A stretch of 64,000 bases of DNA, taken from positions 768,001 through 832,000 of the forward strand of contig CAVPIW010000006.1 in assembly GCA_963705105.1 (NCBI GenBank), written 5' to 3'. Of the stretch, positions 40,040 to 50,939 are shown piece by piece. The stretch comes from an uncultured Nitrospiraceae bacterium. GTDB taxonomy: Bacteria > Nitrospirota > Thermodesulfovibrionia > Thermodesulfovibrionales > Dissulfurispiraceae. Position 1 is the first letter of the stretch. Each line of letters starts with the position of its first letter. The position numbers and the translations under genes are program-made. The notes beneath the pieces were generated by a model. That model did not search any database and had not been told where the DNA came from. It saw only the letters and a program-made list of their open reading frames with translations.

Positions 40040-42739
40040 CTATCGCATGAAGCCGCTGAGTTTCCCCGCCAGGCCGGTTTTACCCGCCGCTTCCGTCCTG
40101 ATGGCGTCGACGGCACTTGCAAGTCCCTTCCTGGCCTCGGCGTCCCTGATGCCCGACGTCTTCGTCTTCGCAAAGTCGATGAACCTCTCCTCTTCGGAGC
40201 CCGCGGTGATATCGGCCTCCCTCTTACCCAGTCTCGTCAGGGAATTCGCAATGACTCTGACCGACATCATGTCGAGTTCCTTTCTCATGGCCAGGTCCTG
40301 TTCCGACGCCTTGTCGTTCTTCACCCTGTCGTCGATCTCCTTTGCGTAGTCCTCGATCCCCTTCAGGATATCGGCCGTCCGGGAAAGATCGGGGTCGACG
40401 AATTTTCCATTCGTTTTCGGCGGATGGATCGTGTCGATGATCGAATCTATCGTCCCGGTCTGATATTCGAGGGCATTCTTCTGCATGACCAGCTGGGCTT
40501 CATGAGTCGTGACCTTGGCCGAGACCTTGTCCAGGTCCGCCTTGACCTCATCGATGATTTTCGCCAGTTGCGTCTCCTTGCTGACGCGGGCGAGGAGGTC
40601 GTTCAGCCCGGACCAGTTGGGCTTCACCTCCAGCTCAGGCCAGTAATCCGCGTCCTCCTCCCCTTCCTCCATGTCAGGGCACCAGTAGGGCAGGGAGAAA
40701 TCCGCCACGATCCTCTTTGTCGCGGAGGAATAGACGAGGATGAGGGTGCCTCCATGCCGCACGGCGCCTGAGTGTCCGATTCCCGGGTTTTTCAGCAGGA
40801 AGCGGCCGAAAAGGGAGAGCGCCTTGAAGGTCTCGCCTGCGTGCTTCAGGAGGTCCTGTATCCTTTTGAGCCACAGGTACTGGGTGCTGTCGATCAGCGA
40901 CTCGTAGGGGCTGAAGGCCGAGTGGTACGTAACGCTGCGGACGCTCTTGTTCAGCTCTGCAGCCGTCACAACCGCCTCACCGTACACCTTCTCGAAGTTT
41001 GCGTGGTCGATGGCGTCACCGGGCTTTTTTACTTCCTCCCTTATCGTCCCCAGCTTCATTGCCAGCGCCTCTGTCTTCTGCTGCGAGAACTCCTTGATGG
41101 AAAGGGTCGCCGCCGACACTTCCTTTGAAGGGATGTCAGGCGATTCCTGGATGGCCTTGTTGAGCTTTCCGGCGTAGTCGGAAAGGTCGTCGATTCGGCT
41201 GTAGAGGTCTACCCTCAGGAGGTTGTGGAAGGCCTTCAGGGGCCCGAAGTACTTCGGCGGTTTCCAGGGCAGCAGATGGAGATGGTCTTCGATCTGGAAG
41301 GATTGGATCCTGACAGGAAGGTCGTGTTCCGAAAGGAGCTTCAGGATTTCTATCCGTGCCGCGTCATGCTCCTTGCCCACGTGACCTTCGATTCTCAGGC
41401 ATGGATAGGATGACAGGTCATACTTCAGGGGATTGAGCACCCTGTCGTTGTTGCTGTAACTCTTCGAGTGATAGGAATAGGGCTCGTCGGTCCTGCCCCT
41501 CCGGTAGAGTTCATAATTCCAGAAACGGTTGAGGGGGAACTCCTTCGAAATATCATAATAGAAGGGAATCGCCCGCATGCCCAGTGCCGATCCGGCTTCC
41601 CTGTCGGGAGTGATGACGACGGACCCGTCAACGACGGGAACGGCGAAGGTCCTGATCATGCAATCGATGCGGCGATGCAGGAAACGGGTCTTGTCGATGC
41701 CCGCACAGCAGTCGCTGCGGGCCGGCGAGGGGTAGAATCCATGGCGGAGCTCCCGTCTCGCGGTCAGGAGATGCAGCCCGACGGGACCGAGGAGGAGGTG
41801 TTTCGGAAATGCCTCCCTGTCGGGCAGGCATGTCTCGCCGTCCTGAAAGAGGCTCTCCCTGAACTCCCCGTATGCCTCGGAGAGGTCCCTGAGGAAATCC
41901 CAGATATACTGGATGCCGCCGGGAAGGGGGTGGCTTCCCAGGCCTGTCCTGATCTTCTCCAGTCTCTCCGTCCAGACTTTCGCCGGGTCATCTGCACAGA
42001 CGCCGCTCAGCAGGGGCTCGCACACTGAACAGGAGAGGGAGAGGACTTCCATAACCATCTTCAGGCAACCGTCGATCACGTCCTTGTAAGCGCCTGCCAG
42101 GCTGTCATAACTGTTGATGGTTTTGGTGCTCAGAAGAGGACGCCGACAGAAGAGGTCGGGAAGTCGTGCATAGAGGGCCCGAGGATTGACCATGTTCCCC
42201 AAAAGGTGGCCCGCCTTGTCCGCCTCCGCCAGGAGGAACCTGAGGTTCTCCCTTTTCATCTTGCCCTTGTTGTCGCAGGCGCCGCCCGTGCAGATGTCGG
42301 GGTCGAAATCATAGCTCTCCAGGTAAAGAATGCACACGTACTCATTTATACTGTTAAAGGCCGACAGGGGTTTCGCCTGTGCGGAGTCCTCCAGGAGTTC
42401 ATACAGGGGGATCTGTTTGTCGGCACTGATGAAGCCTGTATAGTGGGCCTCTTTATCTTCAAAGGCCCTGAACTTCGTGAACGTTCTGTCCGCCGGCAAG
42501 ACCAGAAGGTCGCCATCCGTTGTCACGGCGCAGCCCTTCGAGACGGTCAAGGATCCCTGGACGAGCCGCACATCGAGACCGCAGACGATACCGGCGCCGG
42601 ACAGGCAGAGGCGCGTCAGGCGATCCTGACTGTCAAGGTACACGCTGAGGTCGTTCAGTTGGTCCGCCGTGAGCAACTGGTCACGTTCAAAGACGGTGTA
42701 TGCATCGCCGGTGCCGGTGAATTTCAGGGTCTTTGCCAT
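40040..42739 (-). CDS. CIS Afp13-position protein (fibre/baseplate-associated)
   Basis: FERDQLLTADQLN...GAGIVCGL...GCAVTTDGDL; position in operon. Confidence 0.75.
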   Translation of the reverse strand: MAKTLKFTGTGDAYTVFERDQLLTADQLNDLSVYLDSQDRLTRLCLSGAGIVCGLDVRLVQGSLTVSKGCAVTTDGDLLVLPADRTFTKFRAFEDKEAHYTGFISADKQIPLYELLEDSAQAKPLSAFNSINEYVCILYLESYDFDPDICTGGACDNKGKMKRENLRFLLAEADKAGHLLGNMVNPRALYARLPDLFCRRPLLSTKTINSYDSLAGAYKDVIDGCLKMVMEVLSLSCSVCEPLLSGVCADDPAKVWTERLEKIRTGLGSHPLPGGIQYIWDFLRDLSEAYGEFRESLFQDGETCLPDREAFPKHLLLGPVGLHLLTARRELRHGFYPSPARSDCCAGIDKTRFLHRRIDCMIRTFAVPVVDGSVVITPDREAGSALGMRAIPFYYDISKEFPLNRFWNYELYRRGRTDEPYSYHSKSYSNNDRVLNPLKYDLSSYPCLRIEGHVGKEHDAARIEILKLLSEHDLPVRIQSFQIEDHLHLLPWKPPKYFGPLKAFHNLLRVDLYSRIDDLSDYAGKLNKAIQESPDIPSKEVSAATLSIKEFSQQKTEALAMKLGTIREEVKKPGDAIDHANFEKVYGEAVVTAAELNKSVRSVTYHSAFSPYESLIDSTQYLWLKRIQDLLKHAGETFKALSLFGRFLLKNPGIGHSGAVRHGGTLILVYSSATKRIVADFSLPYWCPDMEEGEEDADYWPELEVKPNWSGLNDLLARVSKETQLAKIIDEVKADLDKVSAKVTTHEAQLVMQKNALEYQTGTIDSIIDTIHPPKTNGKFVDPDLSRTADILKGIEDYAKEIDDRVKNDKASEQDLAMRKELDMMSVRVIANSLTRLGKREADITAGSEEERFIDFAKTKTSGIRDAEARKGLASAVDAIRTEAAGKTGLAGKLSGFMR

Positions 42740-42743
42740 GTCA

Positions 42744-45347
42744 TCACTCCTCTTGTGTTCCTAAGGTGGTACTGTCGAGCACAAAGGTCCTCTTCCCGTC
42801 GGACGGCTCCGTGCATTCATACAATCCTGCTGCGGGATAGACGTTTTTCAGGGTGCTCATGACGTCGATAAGCCTTTGCAGTGATGCGCTCCTCTCCGTC
42901 CCGGAGCCGCCGGCCGAGGCCTGGAGCCACTTCCTGTATGCGTCCTCGAAGTCGGCCATCTGGGTTTGATTTATCCAGCATATCCTCGGCACAATGTGGG
43001 CCGGCGTTTCGAGGCGAATCGTCTTTTCCACGAAGCGCCGGAATTTCAGCGGGTCCTCCTGATCATTCCCGTTGTAGAACCTGGGAGAGTATGCAGGCAG
43101 GACAAAGGTCACCCTGAAGGAGTAAGGGTCAAGGGTTTGACCGTTTGAACAGCCTAAGCCGGTGCAGACAGGAAGCAGGGCGTCCGTCTTTGTCTTCGGC
43201 CTCAGAAGGATGTGCTCCACCATGAAGAGGCCTTCGTCGCTGTACCGCTGGACAAGGAAATCGACGAGGAAGTCGATTGCTGCCTCCCGCTCTTCTGCGG
43301 TCCTGAAGTACTCGATCCTGCGTGCAACCACATTCCTGTCTTCGTCGACGATGTTGAAGTAGAACCGGTGATCGGTCGTCTCGTTCCGGTCGAAACCTTC
43401 CCGCGTCATGGCCCTTGTGAGGGCCTTCCTCATTTCACCGATCGCTTTCTGCTCGTCCAGGTAACGGGTGCTGCTGCTGAGGAGGATCTTTCCCGAGGCC
43501 TCATCAATGACCCTGAACCGGTATTCCCTTATCGTGTCAGTATCCCTCTCCGGGTACACCTCGTACTTTATCCTGGCCAGGTTCCTCCGTCTGAAGTTCT
43601 CGATGCCGAGCAGACGTGCAAGACGCCGCTCCAGACCGGTCACATTCTCCGTGTCCCAAAGGTGTTTTTCATCGCCGTAATTGAAAGAAGAGGCACGGCC
43701 GCTGTTCGTCTCACCGTAATCCTTCAGGAAATCGGCCTTTGTCCTGATCGCCTTGTCCCTTCCCTGTCCGTTCATCGTGCTGTAGAGCACTGAAACATAC
43801 TCCGAGAAGTTTTCGGAGAACCTTGCCAGGAGATGGTCGAGGAAACGGTTTCTCCTCTCGTAGAACACTTCGCTCTTCTCCTGTTCCGTCAGGTCCTGTA
43901 AACGTATCTCCATGTTGCCCGCATCGGCGTAGATAGCGTCTGATCCTTCGAAGTCTTTGACGGTCTGTGAAAAATAGGTATGCCTGACGTCCCTGTCGAA
44001 AGAGAAGAGGTCCCTGACGTGGGCGAGCTGGGCAAAGCAGTTCGCGAGCACCTGGTCGAAAAAGAGCACATAGGCCTTCAGCTGTTTTGCCTGGGCCTTG
44101 CGGGTTTCCGAGGAGCTCTCCGGCAGCCCCGCCCGGCCGATGCCGTAGTTTTTCGGGAAATCGTTCTGAATGGACCTGTACAATGCCGGGTCCCTGTATG
44201 TGCCCGGGGGAATGGGAATATCTTCAGTCATTCTCCGCTGTCCCGCCCTCTCCTGCTCCCTCAGCGCAGAGAGGAGAACCCGCACTTTCTCCGTGTCTCC
44301 CCTGAAGGGGTGCACATCCTTGTAGAAGACGAGACGCGACTTCTCCAGGTTCAGGACCGCCTGTTTCCCCTGTGGGACGTCCACGGTCCAGGGGTCGGAA
44401 CTCATGACCGTTTCGCCGGAAGCCGTCAGCAGGGCGAGACGGAAATCACGGACGGATCGTACACCGTCGATGGCCATGATGATGCTGATCAGGTCGGAGA
44501 GCTGGATCGTCTTCTTCAGCGACGCCCCTTTCAGCTCCTCCCCGTCGATAAACCCGTGGGTCAGGACGGGGCCTTCGAAGATCTCTTCGGCCCGATATCC
44601 CTTGGCGATCATCTCCCTGAGCGAGTAGAAGCGGACCGGCGGGGTCAGATGCTTCTGCAGCTCATTGAAAATCCGGGCCTGAACATCGTTGACGTCAGTC
44701 CTGTGATCGAGATCGATCTCGGCGCAGAGGATGTACTGCTGTCGACCGATCACGGTCACGCCGAGGAAGTCCTCGCAGAGGTTTCTGCTGTCCATGAGCC
44801 TGGCCCGTGCCCTGTTGATGACCTCCTGCTCCTTTTCATTGTCTCCTGACAGGTCTTCATCGAGCTCAAGGACGACATTGTAGAGCCCCCCCAGGGTGAT
44901 CGTCTCCGTATCCGCCTTTCCCGGCTTTTCGGTCGTAAGACGGCTTTCGGAGCAGTCCAGATAGAGAGGATCGACGACGGCCTTTTCGATCCAGGCATTC
45001 CTGACGCCCTCTATGTCGAGAAGGAGACGGCGGTAATCCTCCTCTGTCAGGGGGCAGGAGGGGAGTATGGTGAGGGCGCTATGGAAGTGCCTGCGCATGG
45101 CCCCGGCAGTGTTCTTTTCTGCGGCGATAAGGTCCTCCAGAGGAAAAGATATGCGGTAGCCCAGATCCGTCATGGCATAGCAGAGAAGCTCGAGGATGGT
45201 CACGCCGGGATCGTGGACGTTATAATCCGTCCAGTGCCTGTGGGCGAGGGTCTCGATGTGGCTGAGACCCTCCCTGCGGAGGACCTCGTAGTTCTGCGAG
45301 GGCTCGCCGGACTTGTCTTTCGGTATGGTCAGACTCTCGGCCATCAC
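42744..45347 (-). CDS. CIS baseplate protein (Afp12-like)
   Basis: WTDYNVHDPGVTILELLCY, QLKAYVLFFDQ, RRNRFLDHLLARF, IRLETPAH. Confidence 0.9.
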   Translation of the reverse strand: MMAESLTIPKDKSGEPSQNYEVLRREGLSHIETLAHRHWTDYNVHDPGVTILELLCYAMTDLGYRISFPLEDLIAAEKNTAGAMRRHFHSALTILPSCPLTEEDYRRLLLDIEGVRNAWIEKAVVDPLYLDCSESRLTTEKPGKADTETITLGGLYNVVLELDEDLSGDNEKEQEVINRARARLMDSRNLCEDFLGVTVIGRQQYILCAEIDLDHRTDVNDVQARIFNELQKHLTPPVRFYSLREMIAKGYRAEEIFEGPVLTHGFIDGEELKGASLKKTIQLSDLISIIMAIDGVRSVRDFRLALLTASGETVMSSDPWTVDVPQGKQAVLNLEKSRLVFYKDVHPFRGDTEKVRVLLSALREQERAGQRRMTEDIPIPPGTYRDPALYRSIQNDFPKNYGIGRAGLPESSSETRKAQAKQLKAYVLFFDQVLANCFAQLAHVRDLFSFDRDVRHTYFSQTVKDFEGSDAIYADAGNMEIRLQDLTEQEKSEVFYERRNRFLDHLLARFSENFSEYVSVLYSTMNGQGRDKAIRTKADFLKDYGETNSGRASSFNYGDEKHLWDTENVTGLERRLARLLGIENFRRRNLARIKYEVYPERDTDTIREYRFRVIDEASGKILLSSSTRYLDEQKAIGEMRKALTRAMTREGFDRNETTDHRFYFNIVDEDRNVVARRIEYFRTAEEREAAIDFLVDFLVQRYSDEGLFMVEHILLRPKTKTDALLPVCTGLGCSNGQTLDPYSFRVTFVLPAYSPRFYNGNDQEDPLKFRRFVEKTIRLETPAHIVPRICWINQTQMADFEDAYRKWLQASAGGSGTERSASLQRLIDVMSTLKNVYPAAGLYECTEPSDGKRTFVLDSTTLGTQEE

Positions 45348-48300
45348 GTGCTCCCTTCCATGCTTACGATCGTGTGCTTCCGCGCCGACACCAGGATGGA
45401 CCGGGCACTGGACGGACGAGCCGCATCCTGTATCAGCCGGATCACCCCGCCGGTCCTCTGGTACATCCTGAATTCCCTTATATACTCTATGCAGGGGAGA
45501 TGCTCAATGGAGGAGATCACCTGGGACCTGTGAATCCGGCCTCCGAAGGAGATGTCGGCGCCGGCCCGGTAAGCCCAGGGACAAAAGAGTTTTTTCAGTT
45601 CCTCCTGGAGTTGAGAGCTCCAGTACCCAAAGTCGTATCCCTGCTTAAAGGCCACTTTGAAGGCAGTCTTTATCTCCTCATACGCGGGGTTCTTCACATG
45701 GACCGTCACGGAAGGGCTCACGTGAAGCTTGAGGAATTCTCCGATCTCCGTCAGGGTTCCGAGGTCGACCCTCGGACGGAGGGGATCGACGGCGTTCCTG
45801 TTCGACAGGTCAGGGATGACGACCACTGTGACATGGCCGGGGGCGGTTTCCGAGGAGGGGGACGTATGGCTGAGACACTTTACCTTGTAGATGCGAGGAA
45901 AATGCTCGAGGATGAGACGCTCATAGTCCCAGACGGTGATGGCCCTCTTCTTGTGGCGCAGACGCTCACTCACACGGGTATAAAACGATGATGCGTCTTC
46001 CGCAGCCCTTCCCCCGAAGGACGCATAGGGCTGGCTCGTGGTCTTCACTGACGCCATATCCTCGGAGAGCCTCGTGATGCTCTTGGCAGGCAGGGCTTGT
46101 GAAAGATGGGACGGATCGTTCCCCTTGTCGACAAACTGGGCGACGCCCGCGTTCGCCTGCACGTCGATGAGCTGACAGAGGGCGTCCGTGTCCTTTTCCA
46201 CGACGGCCCTCAGCCATATGCAGCCCTTGGGCAGCACCGTGTCGGTATCCGTCGCCTCCCGGGGAATCGAAAAAACGATGATACCGCTCCTGAGAAGGCC
46301 CTTTGTCGAGTCTGAAACGATGTCCGCCTCCCCGAGGGCCGTCCAGGCATTTCCGGTGAGAACGCTCCATCCGACCTCTACCCTGTCCTTGTCGGGATTG
46401 GCACTCCCCTCGGCTACCTGAAAGAGAAGCGATGCTTGCTGCTGGGGCTTTAGTCCTTGGATCCCGATGTAGAACTCCCCTTCGTTCCGGTACTGGGGGA
46501 GAAGATAGATGGAGGGCTCTGCCCCACCCGGCGACTTTGCGAGGAATCCGTGCTCCCTGCTGTGGCCGAAGGCCGTGACGTGGAAGAGTCGCACGTCCTG
46601 GCCGAGGAAATCATCCTTTTGCCGGGACGAGGGGTTCACCACCCCTGATGTGGCTCTGTAGTTCAGACTCAGGGTTTCAATGACAGGTGTATAGGGCGCC
46701 TCGGGAAGTGTGAGGCCGTTCTTGGAGGTGCCGCTCACATACTCGATCACATTCCTGGCATAGAGATCACGATAGTCGCTGTGCAGGAAGTCCCTTCTCA
46801 ACCGCAGGGTGAAGCGCTTTTTCTTTCCCTGCGGGACGAAAAGGAACGTTCCGGCCTGCTGGATCCCCGCATGGATCGGAGCTGCGGGCGTCTTTGACGT
46901 GAGCTCCAGCATCTTCACTTCTTCAAGGGCCCAACTGCTGCCGAGGCAGGCCAGCTCAAAAACTTTCCACTCATCCGCCGGGGCGGATATCTGGGAGATT
47001 TCTCCCCCCTGCGAGGGGATGTCGACGGTCCGTCGCGCGTCCGTTGAGTGAAAAAGGTGAACGGGGTCCCAGGATTTTCCGTCAGGACCATACAGGGCGG
47101 CGGTGAAATAATCGTTTCCCCCCACAATGGCATTACCGTTGCTGTCCGTGTACGCCTGGTAATGATTTTTCAGGCTCGCCACGGGCACCTTCCACTGGAC
47201 CGTGAAGGAGAAGCTGTCAATGCTCTTCGACTCCGCTTCCCTGTTGCCGACGTGAAAAGAGGCGCCGGCCTGGGGGGACGGTCCGAAGGGCATGAAAGGT
47301 TTCGTCGCGTCGAGGGCACCGAAATCGTTCTCCACAGTGAGGCCTTTGAGGCCTTTCACCTCCACTTCAAGTTGTATCCCCACTATGACGGCATCCCTCA
47401 GGACGGCATACCCGCTGGGGCTCCCCGTCGTGCGGAGAAGGACGAGCATGAGGGGGTCCGTCGTCTCATAAGAACCGCCGTGGATCTTGCTGTCATAGCC
47501 CGTGACCGCTTCATCAGTTCCGGAGAAGGATAGGGAAATCTGGAACTGTCCGCTCTTTCCCTCTGACGGGACCAGTGAGGCCGTCTTCGGCCCGATCCAT
47601 CCTTTCTTGCCCGTCAGTGAGACCTGGAAGATGTCCCTGCCGAAGTCGGCTGTCACTGCAGTGTCGTCAAGACCTGAAAGGGTGAGGAGTGCCGTGACCT
47701 TCCTCTCCCCTCCGGTGATGGCGAGGTAGTGCGATGAGAGAGCGAAGCCGATCTGGGCCCGCTGCTGCTTAACTGTTCCGAAGGCGCTCCATTTCGGCTC
47801 CGGCGTGTCGAAGGCGCCGCCCAGCCCGTCGGAGGAATCGGCCTTCGGCGCCACGTGGAGCGTGTCGCGCAAGGTGTCGTAATGGACGGAGCGGAGGTGC
47901 GCAATCTTGTATGGCCGGACCGTCACATCCTCCTTCAGGACGTAGAACAGCTCGTTCCCCTTCTTGTCCTTCCCGGCGCTGAGGAGGGTTCCCTTCCTGA
48001 TGAGGGTATCGGCAGCATGTTTTTTCAGTTCGAAGAGGACGTGGACCCTGTCGGGAATCGCCTCTCTCTTCTTCATCCCCAGGACCTGCCGGTAATAGAA
48101 GTCGAGGTGGCGGGCCGTGATGGAGTTCATTGCGTCCTGACCATGCCGGAGCAGGAGCAGGAAGGCAAGATAGAGCGCCAGGTGTGGCTCGTGGGCGCCG
48201 TATCCCGATAGTTTCGCAACGACCTCCGAGGGATCCTGACTGAAGAAGGGCTTCCAGGTTCCGCACGGAGCGTTTGTGGCTTCATCATAAAACGTGAGGT

Positions 48301-48460
48301 TATCGGCAAACGCTCCTGCAAAAACGAGCCAGTCCTTCAGGCTCCGGTCATCGACCCTGGCATAAGAGGGGTCCAGCTCTCCGGGAAAGCGCCCGGTCCT
48401 GCTCTGGCCGTCCCTCAGGAGATGAAAGATCACTTCAGGTCCCCGTTCCATCGTTTCCAT
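45344..48460 (-). CDS. CIS baseplate J-like protein (Afp11-like)
   Basis: RHLDFYYRQVL, RVSERLRHKKRAITVWDYERLILEHFP. Confidence 0.92.
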   Translation of the reverse strand: METMERGPEVIFHLLRDGQSRTGRFPGELDPSYARVDDRSLKDWLVFAGAFADNLTFYDEATNAPCGTWKPFFSQDPSEVVAKLSGYGAHEPHLALYLAFLLLLRHGQDAMNSITARHLDFYYRQVLGMKKREAIPDRVHVLFELKKHAADTLIRKGTLLSAGKDKKGNELFYVLKEDVTVRPYKIAHLRSVHYDTLRDTLHVAPKADSSDGLGGAFDTPEPKWSAFGTVKQQRAQIGFALSSHYLAITGGERKVTALLTLSGLDDTAVTADFGRDIFQVSLTGKKGWIGPKTASLVPSEGKSGQFQISLSFSGTDEAVTGYDSKIHGGSYETTDPLMLVLLRTTGSPSGYAVLRDAVIVGIQLEVEVKGLKGLTVENDFGALDATKPFMPFGPSPQAGASFHVGNREAESKSIDSFSFTVQWKVPVASLKNHYQAYTDSNGNAIVGGNDYFTAALYGPDGKSWDPVHLFHSTDARRTVDIPSQGGEISQISAPADEWKVFELACLGSSWALEEVKMLELTSKTPAAPIHAGIQQAGTFLFVPQGKKKRFTLRLRRDFLHSDYRDLYARNVIEYVSGTSKNGLTLPEAPYTPVIETLSLNYRATSGVVNPSSRQKDDFLGQDVRLFHVTAFGHSREHGFLAKSPGGAEPSIYLLPQYRNEGEFYIGIQGLKPQQQASLLFQVAEGSANPDKDRVEVGWSVLTGNAWTALGEADIVSDSTKGLLRSGIIVFSIPREATDTDTVLPKGCIWLRAVVEKDTDALCQLIDVQANAGVAQFVDKGNDPSHLSQALPAKSITRLSEDMASVKTTSQPYASFGGRAAEDASSFYTRVSERLRHKKRAITVWDYERLILEHFPRIYKVKCLSHTSPSSETAPGHVTVVVIPDLSNRNAVDPLRPRVDLGTLTEIGEFLKLHVSPSVTVHVKNPAYEEIKTAFKVAFKQGYDFGYWSSQLQEELKKLFCPWAYRAGADISFGGRIHRSQVISSIEHLPCIEYIREFRMYQRTGGVIRLIQDAARPSSARSILVSARKHTIVSMEGST

Positions 48461-48463
48461 AGA

Positions 48464-48889
48464 TCACATCATCCCCTCTCCTTCACTGTAGAAGGGGTAG
48501 ACGAAGTTGTACCGGGAGTTCGTCGTCCTGACGGTATAATCGATCCGTATGTCGAGCCTGCCTTCACCTTCAGGAACGGGCAGGATGTCAACAGCCTCGA
48601 GGGATATCCTCGGTTCGAAGTGGAGGATCGCCTGCTCAATGACCCCCTGCACGTAAGTCTTGAGTGTTGTGCTGAGGGGCTCGAAGACCAGGGCTTCCAG
48701 GTTGCAACCGTAATCGGGACGGAGGATCCGTTCTCTCGGTGCCGTTGACAGCAGGATCTCCAGGCTCTTTTCGATATCCTCCTCGTCGGAGGTCATCCCG
48801 ACTCCCCCTGTACTGACGGAGAAAGCGGGAGGAAAGCCCCAGCCTCTGCCGAGAAATGATGTGTACATGACATCTTCCTTATTCTCCAT
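48464..48889 (-). CDS. GPW/gp25 baseplate protein (Afp9-like)
   Basis: FLGRGWGFPP, ERILRPDYGC, NFVYPFY. Confidence 0.93.
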   Translation of the reverse strand: MENKEDVMYTSFLGRGWGFPPAFSVSTGGVGMTSDEEDIEKSLEILLSTAPRERILRPDYGCNLEALVFEPLSTTLKTYVQGVIEQAILHFEPRISLEAVDILPVPEGEGRLDIRIDYTVRTTNSRYNFVYPFYSEGEGMM

Positions 48890-48898
48890 GGTTTTCCC

Positions 48899-49177
48899 TC
48901 ATCCGATCAGGACCGTCGGCGCCCCGAGGACAGCGGAGGCGCCGCATACGGAGGCATCGCCCACCCTCAGGGCAGGCTTGCCGCCTATCAATACCGTGGC
49001 GCTTCCCGTAGGAAAGGGACCGACGGTGGGCTGGTGTCCCGTGGGAGGAAGCGCACAGACGTGGAGATCCGCAGCCACCGCTGCCGGCATTCCGCCGATC
49101 AGGACCGTCGGCATGCCCGGCCCCGAGATGACACCGCCGTGATTCGTCACATCTCCTGTTCTCGCTGCAGGTGGCAC
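48899..49177 (-). CDS. PAAR spike-tip protein
   Basis: PPAARTGD, GMPAA, GKPALRVGD. Confidence 0.92.
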   Translation of the reverse strand: MPPAARTGDVTNHGGVISGPGMPTVLIGGMPAAVAADLHVCALPPTGHQPTVGPFPTGSATVLIGGKPALRVGDASVCGASAVLGAPTVLIG

Positions 49178-49190
49178 TCTCCACCCTCCC

Positions 49191-50939
49191 TCAGTTGATC
49201 TGGACCAGGGACCCTTTGATCACCATGACGCCGGCGGATGTGAATTCGGCACCCGCCGATCCCTCGACCTTGATGCTTTGATCGGCCTTGAAGCCCACCG
49301 AGGACCCGCCGACCGTCAGTGTGCCGCCGGCCTTCAAAGTGATATCACCCTGGCTTTCGAGGGTTATGCCCTGCGAGCCCATGTCTATCTTGTTACCGTT
49401 TTCATCTTTCACCGAGATGGTCCCTGCCGCCTCGTCGAGACTGACGGACTTTCCCGCCGGGGTCTCGATGGAGATGCTCTTCTTGTCGTCATTGAAGAGG
49501 AGCTTCATGCCGCTCCGCGTGACGAAGCCCTTCTCGTGGTTGTCGTCGCTGGAGCTGATCGGGGCGGGCTTCGCACTGCTGTTCATCATGCCCAGGACGA
49601 TGGGATCACGGGGATCTTCGTTCAGGAAGCCCACGATCACTTCATCGCCGATCTCCGGCCTGAAGAAGGAGCCCCTTTGGCTGCCGGCGTCGAGTGTGGC
49701 CAGGCGTGCCCAGGTGCCGCTGTCGTTCCCGTTCACGAGAGGCATCGTCACCTGTATCCGGTCTTCACCATCCGGATCGCCCTGGAGCTGTGTCACAATG
49801 CCGACCTGGAGCCCTCTCACAGCGGGGATGAGCCCCGATGCCGGCCGGGCGCTTACTTCCCGGTCCTCGGTAAACCAGAGGGCCGATCCGCCGAACTGGG
49901 CATCCGTCGTCCAGAGCCCTCCCGCTATCTCGTGGCGGACGCCTGTGACGAAGGCAGTGCCGTTGAACCGGTCACCGAATCCCTTCAGCTCAAAGGTGTC
50001 GCCGGGGTTGACGTCGCCGTATCCCGTGAACTTCACCCTGCCGCGGACCTTGGACAGACGGGACTTGAGGGACTGGGCGTCCGCCCATGTCCTGATCTCC
50101 GGTTCCCTGCGGCAGCCGCCGTGCTGGACCGTGAAGTCGCTTTGCCCCAGGACCTGGGAGAGAGAGCCGGCCGTCAGATTCCCGGGAAGTGTTATCTGAG
50201 GTTCGGCTCCCTGGGGCGACAGGAGGCTTTGGTTCGCCGCGTCCCAGGACCGGGCCGTCACGGGCGGGAGCTGGTCCCTCGCATCGATCTCGGCCTCGAA
50301 TTCGAGGACTGAGGAGCCGTAGAGGACGGCGATCTTCGGCTGCGCCGATGTATTCGGACTTTTGACGGCCACGCCGTCGCCGTTGGTCAGGACCTGCATG
50401 CCGTTCACTTCCGCACGGTTCACCATGAAGTCCCAGTCCGTGCAGGCATACTGGACCAGTTCGCGATGCTGCACCGCCGTTGCGTCCACATCGGCTGAGA
50501 GCGAGTATGACCCCAGAAGGGCCTGAAAGACGTCGCTGTCCTTCATATTGTGATAATAGGCGCTCTTTCGTCCCACCGTGAGTTTCACCGCCTCGTGCCT
50601 GCAATCCGCGACGAGAGTCGACGGCCCCCGTCGTCCCGCCTTAATGGCGTGTTTGACAATAATGCCCCTGAAGATCGTCGACTCCTGAGAATGGTACCCG
50701 GCCTGTATCTCCACAGACTTGCCGGGCACGAAGAGGGCCGAACTGCTAAGTCTGAAGTCCTCCCGGGCCGCGTCGCCGTCCAGGAGGACTATCCTCGCCT
50801 GGGTGATCCTGTTGGCCGCTTTCGTCACCACGAGGGAGAAGACATGGCACTCACCGCTCAATTCCCGGCCGTCGACAAGAACCGTAAAGGTCACATTGTC
50901 CGACGGCGCTGCAGTGGGGATAGTGCTTCCGTCACCCAC
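49191..50939 (-). CDS. VgrG-like spike (Afp8-like)
   Basis: QYACTDWDFM, WARLATLDAG..RGSFFRPEIGDEVIVGF. Confidence 0.95.
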   Translation of the reverse strand: MGDGSTIPTAAPSDNVTFTVLVDGRELSGECHVFSLVVTKAANRITQARIVLLDGDAAREDFRLSSSALFVPGKSVEIQAGYHSQESTIFRGIIVKHAIKAGRRGPSTLVADCRHEAVKLTVGRKSAYYHNMKDSDVFQALLGSYSLSADVDATAVQHRELVQYACTDWDFMVNRAEVNGMQVLTNGDGVAVKSPNTSAQPKIAVLYGSSVLEFEAEIDARDQLPPVTARSWDAANQSLLSPQGAEPQITLPGNLTAGSLSQVLGQSDFTVQHGGCRREPEIRTWADAQSLKSRLSKVRGRVKFTGYGDVNPGDTFELKGFGDRFNGTAFVTGVRHEIAGGLWTTDAQFGGSALWFTEDREVSARPASGLIPAVRGLQVGIVTQLQGDPDGEDRIQVTMPLVNGNDSGTWARLATLDAGSQRGSFFRPEIGDEVIVGFLNEDPRDPIVLGMMNSSAKPAPISSSDDNHEKGFVTRSGMKLLFNDDKKSISIETPAGKSVSLDEAAGTISVKDENGNKIDMGSQGITLESQGDITLKAGGTLTVGGSSVGFKADQSIKVEGSAGAEFTSAGVMVIKGSLVQIN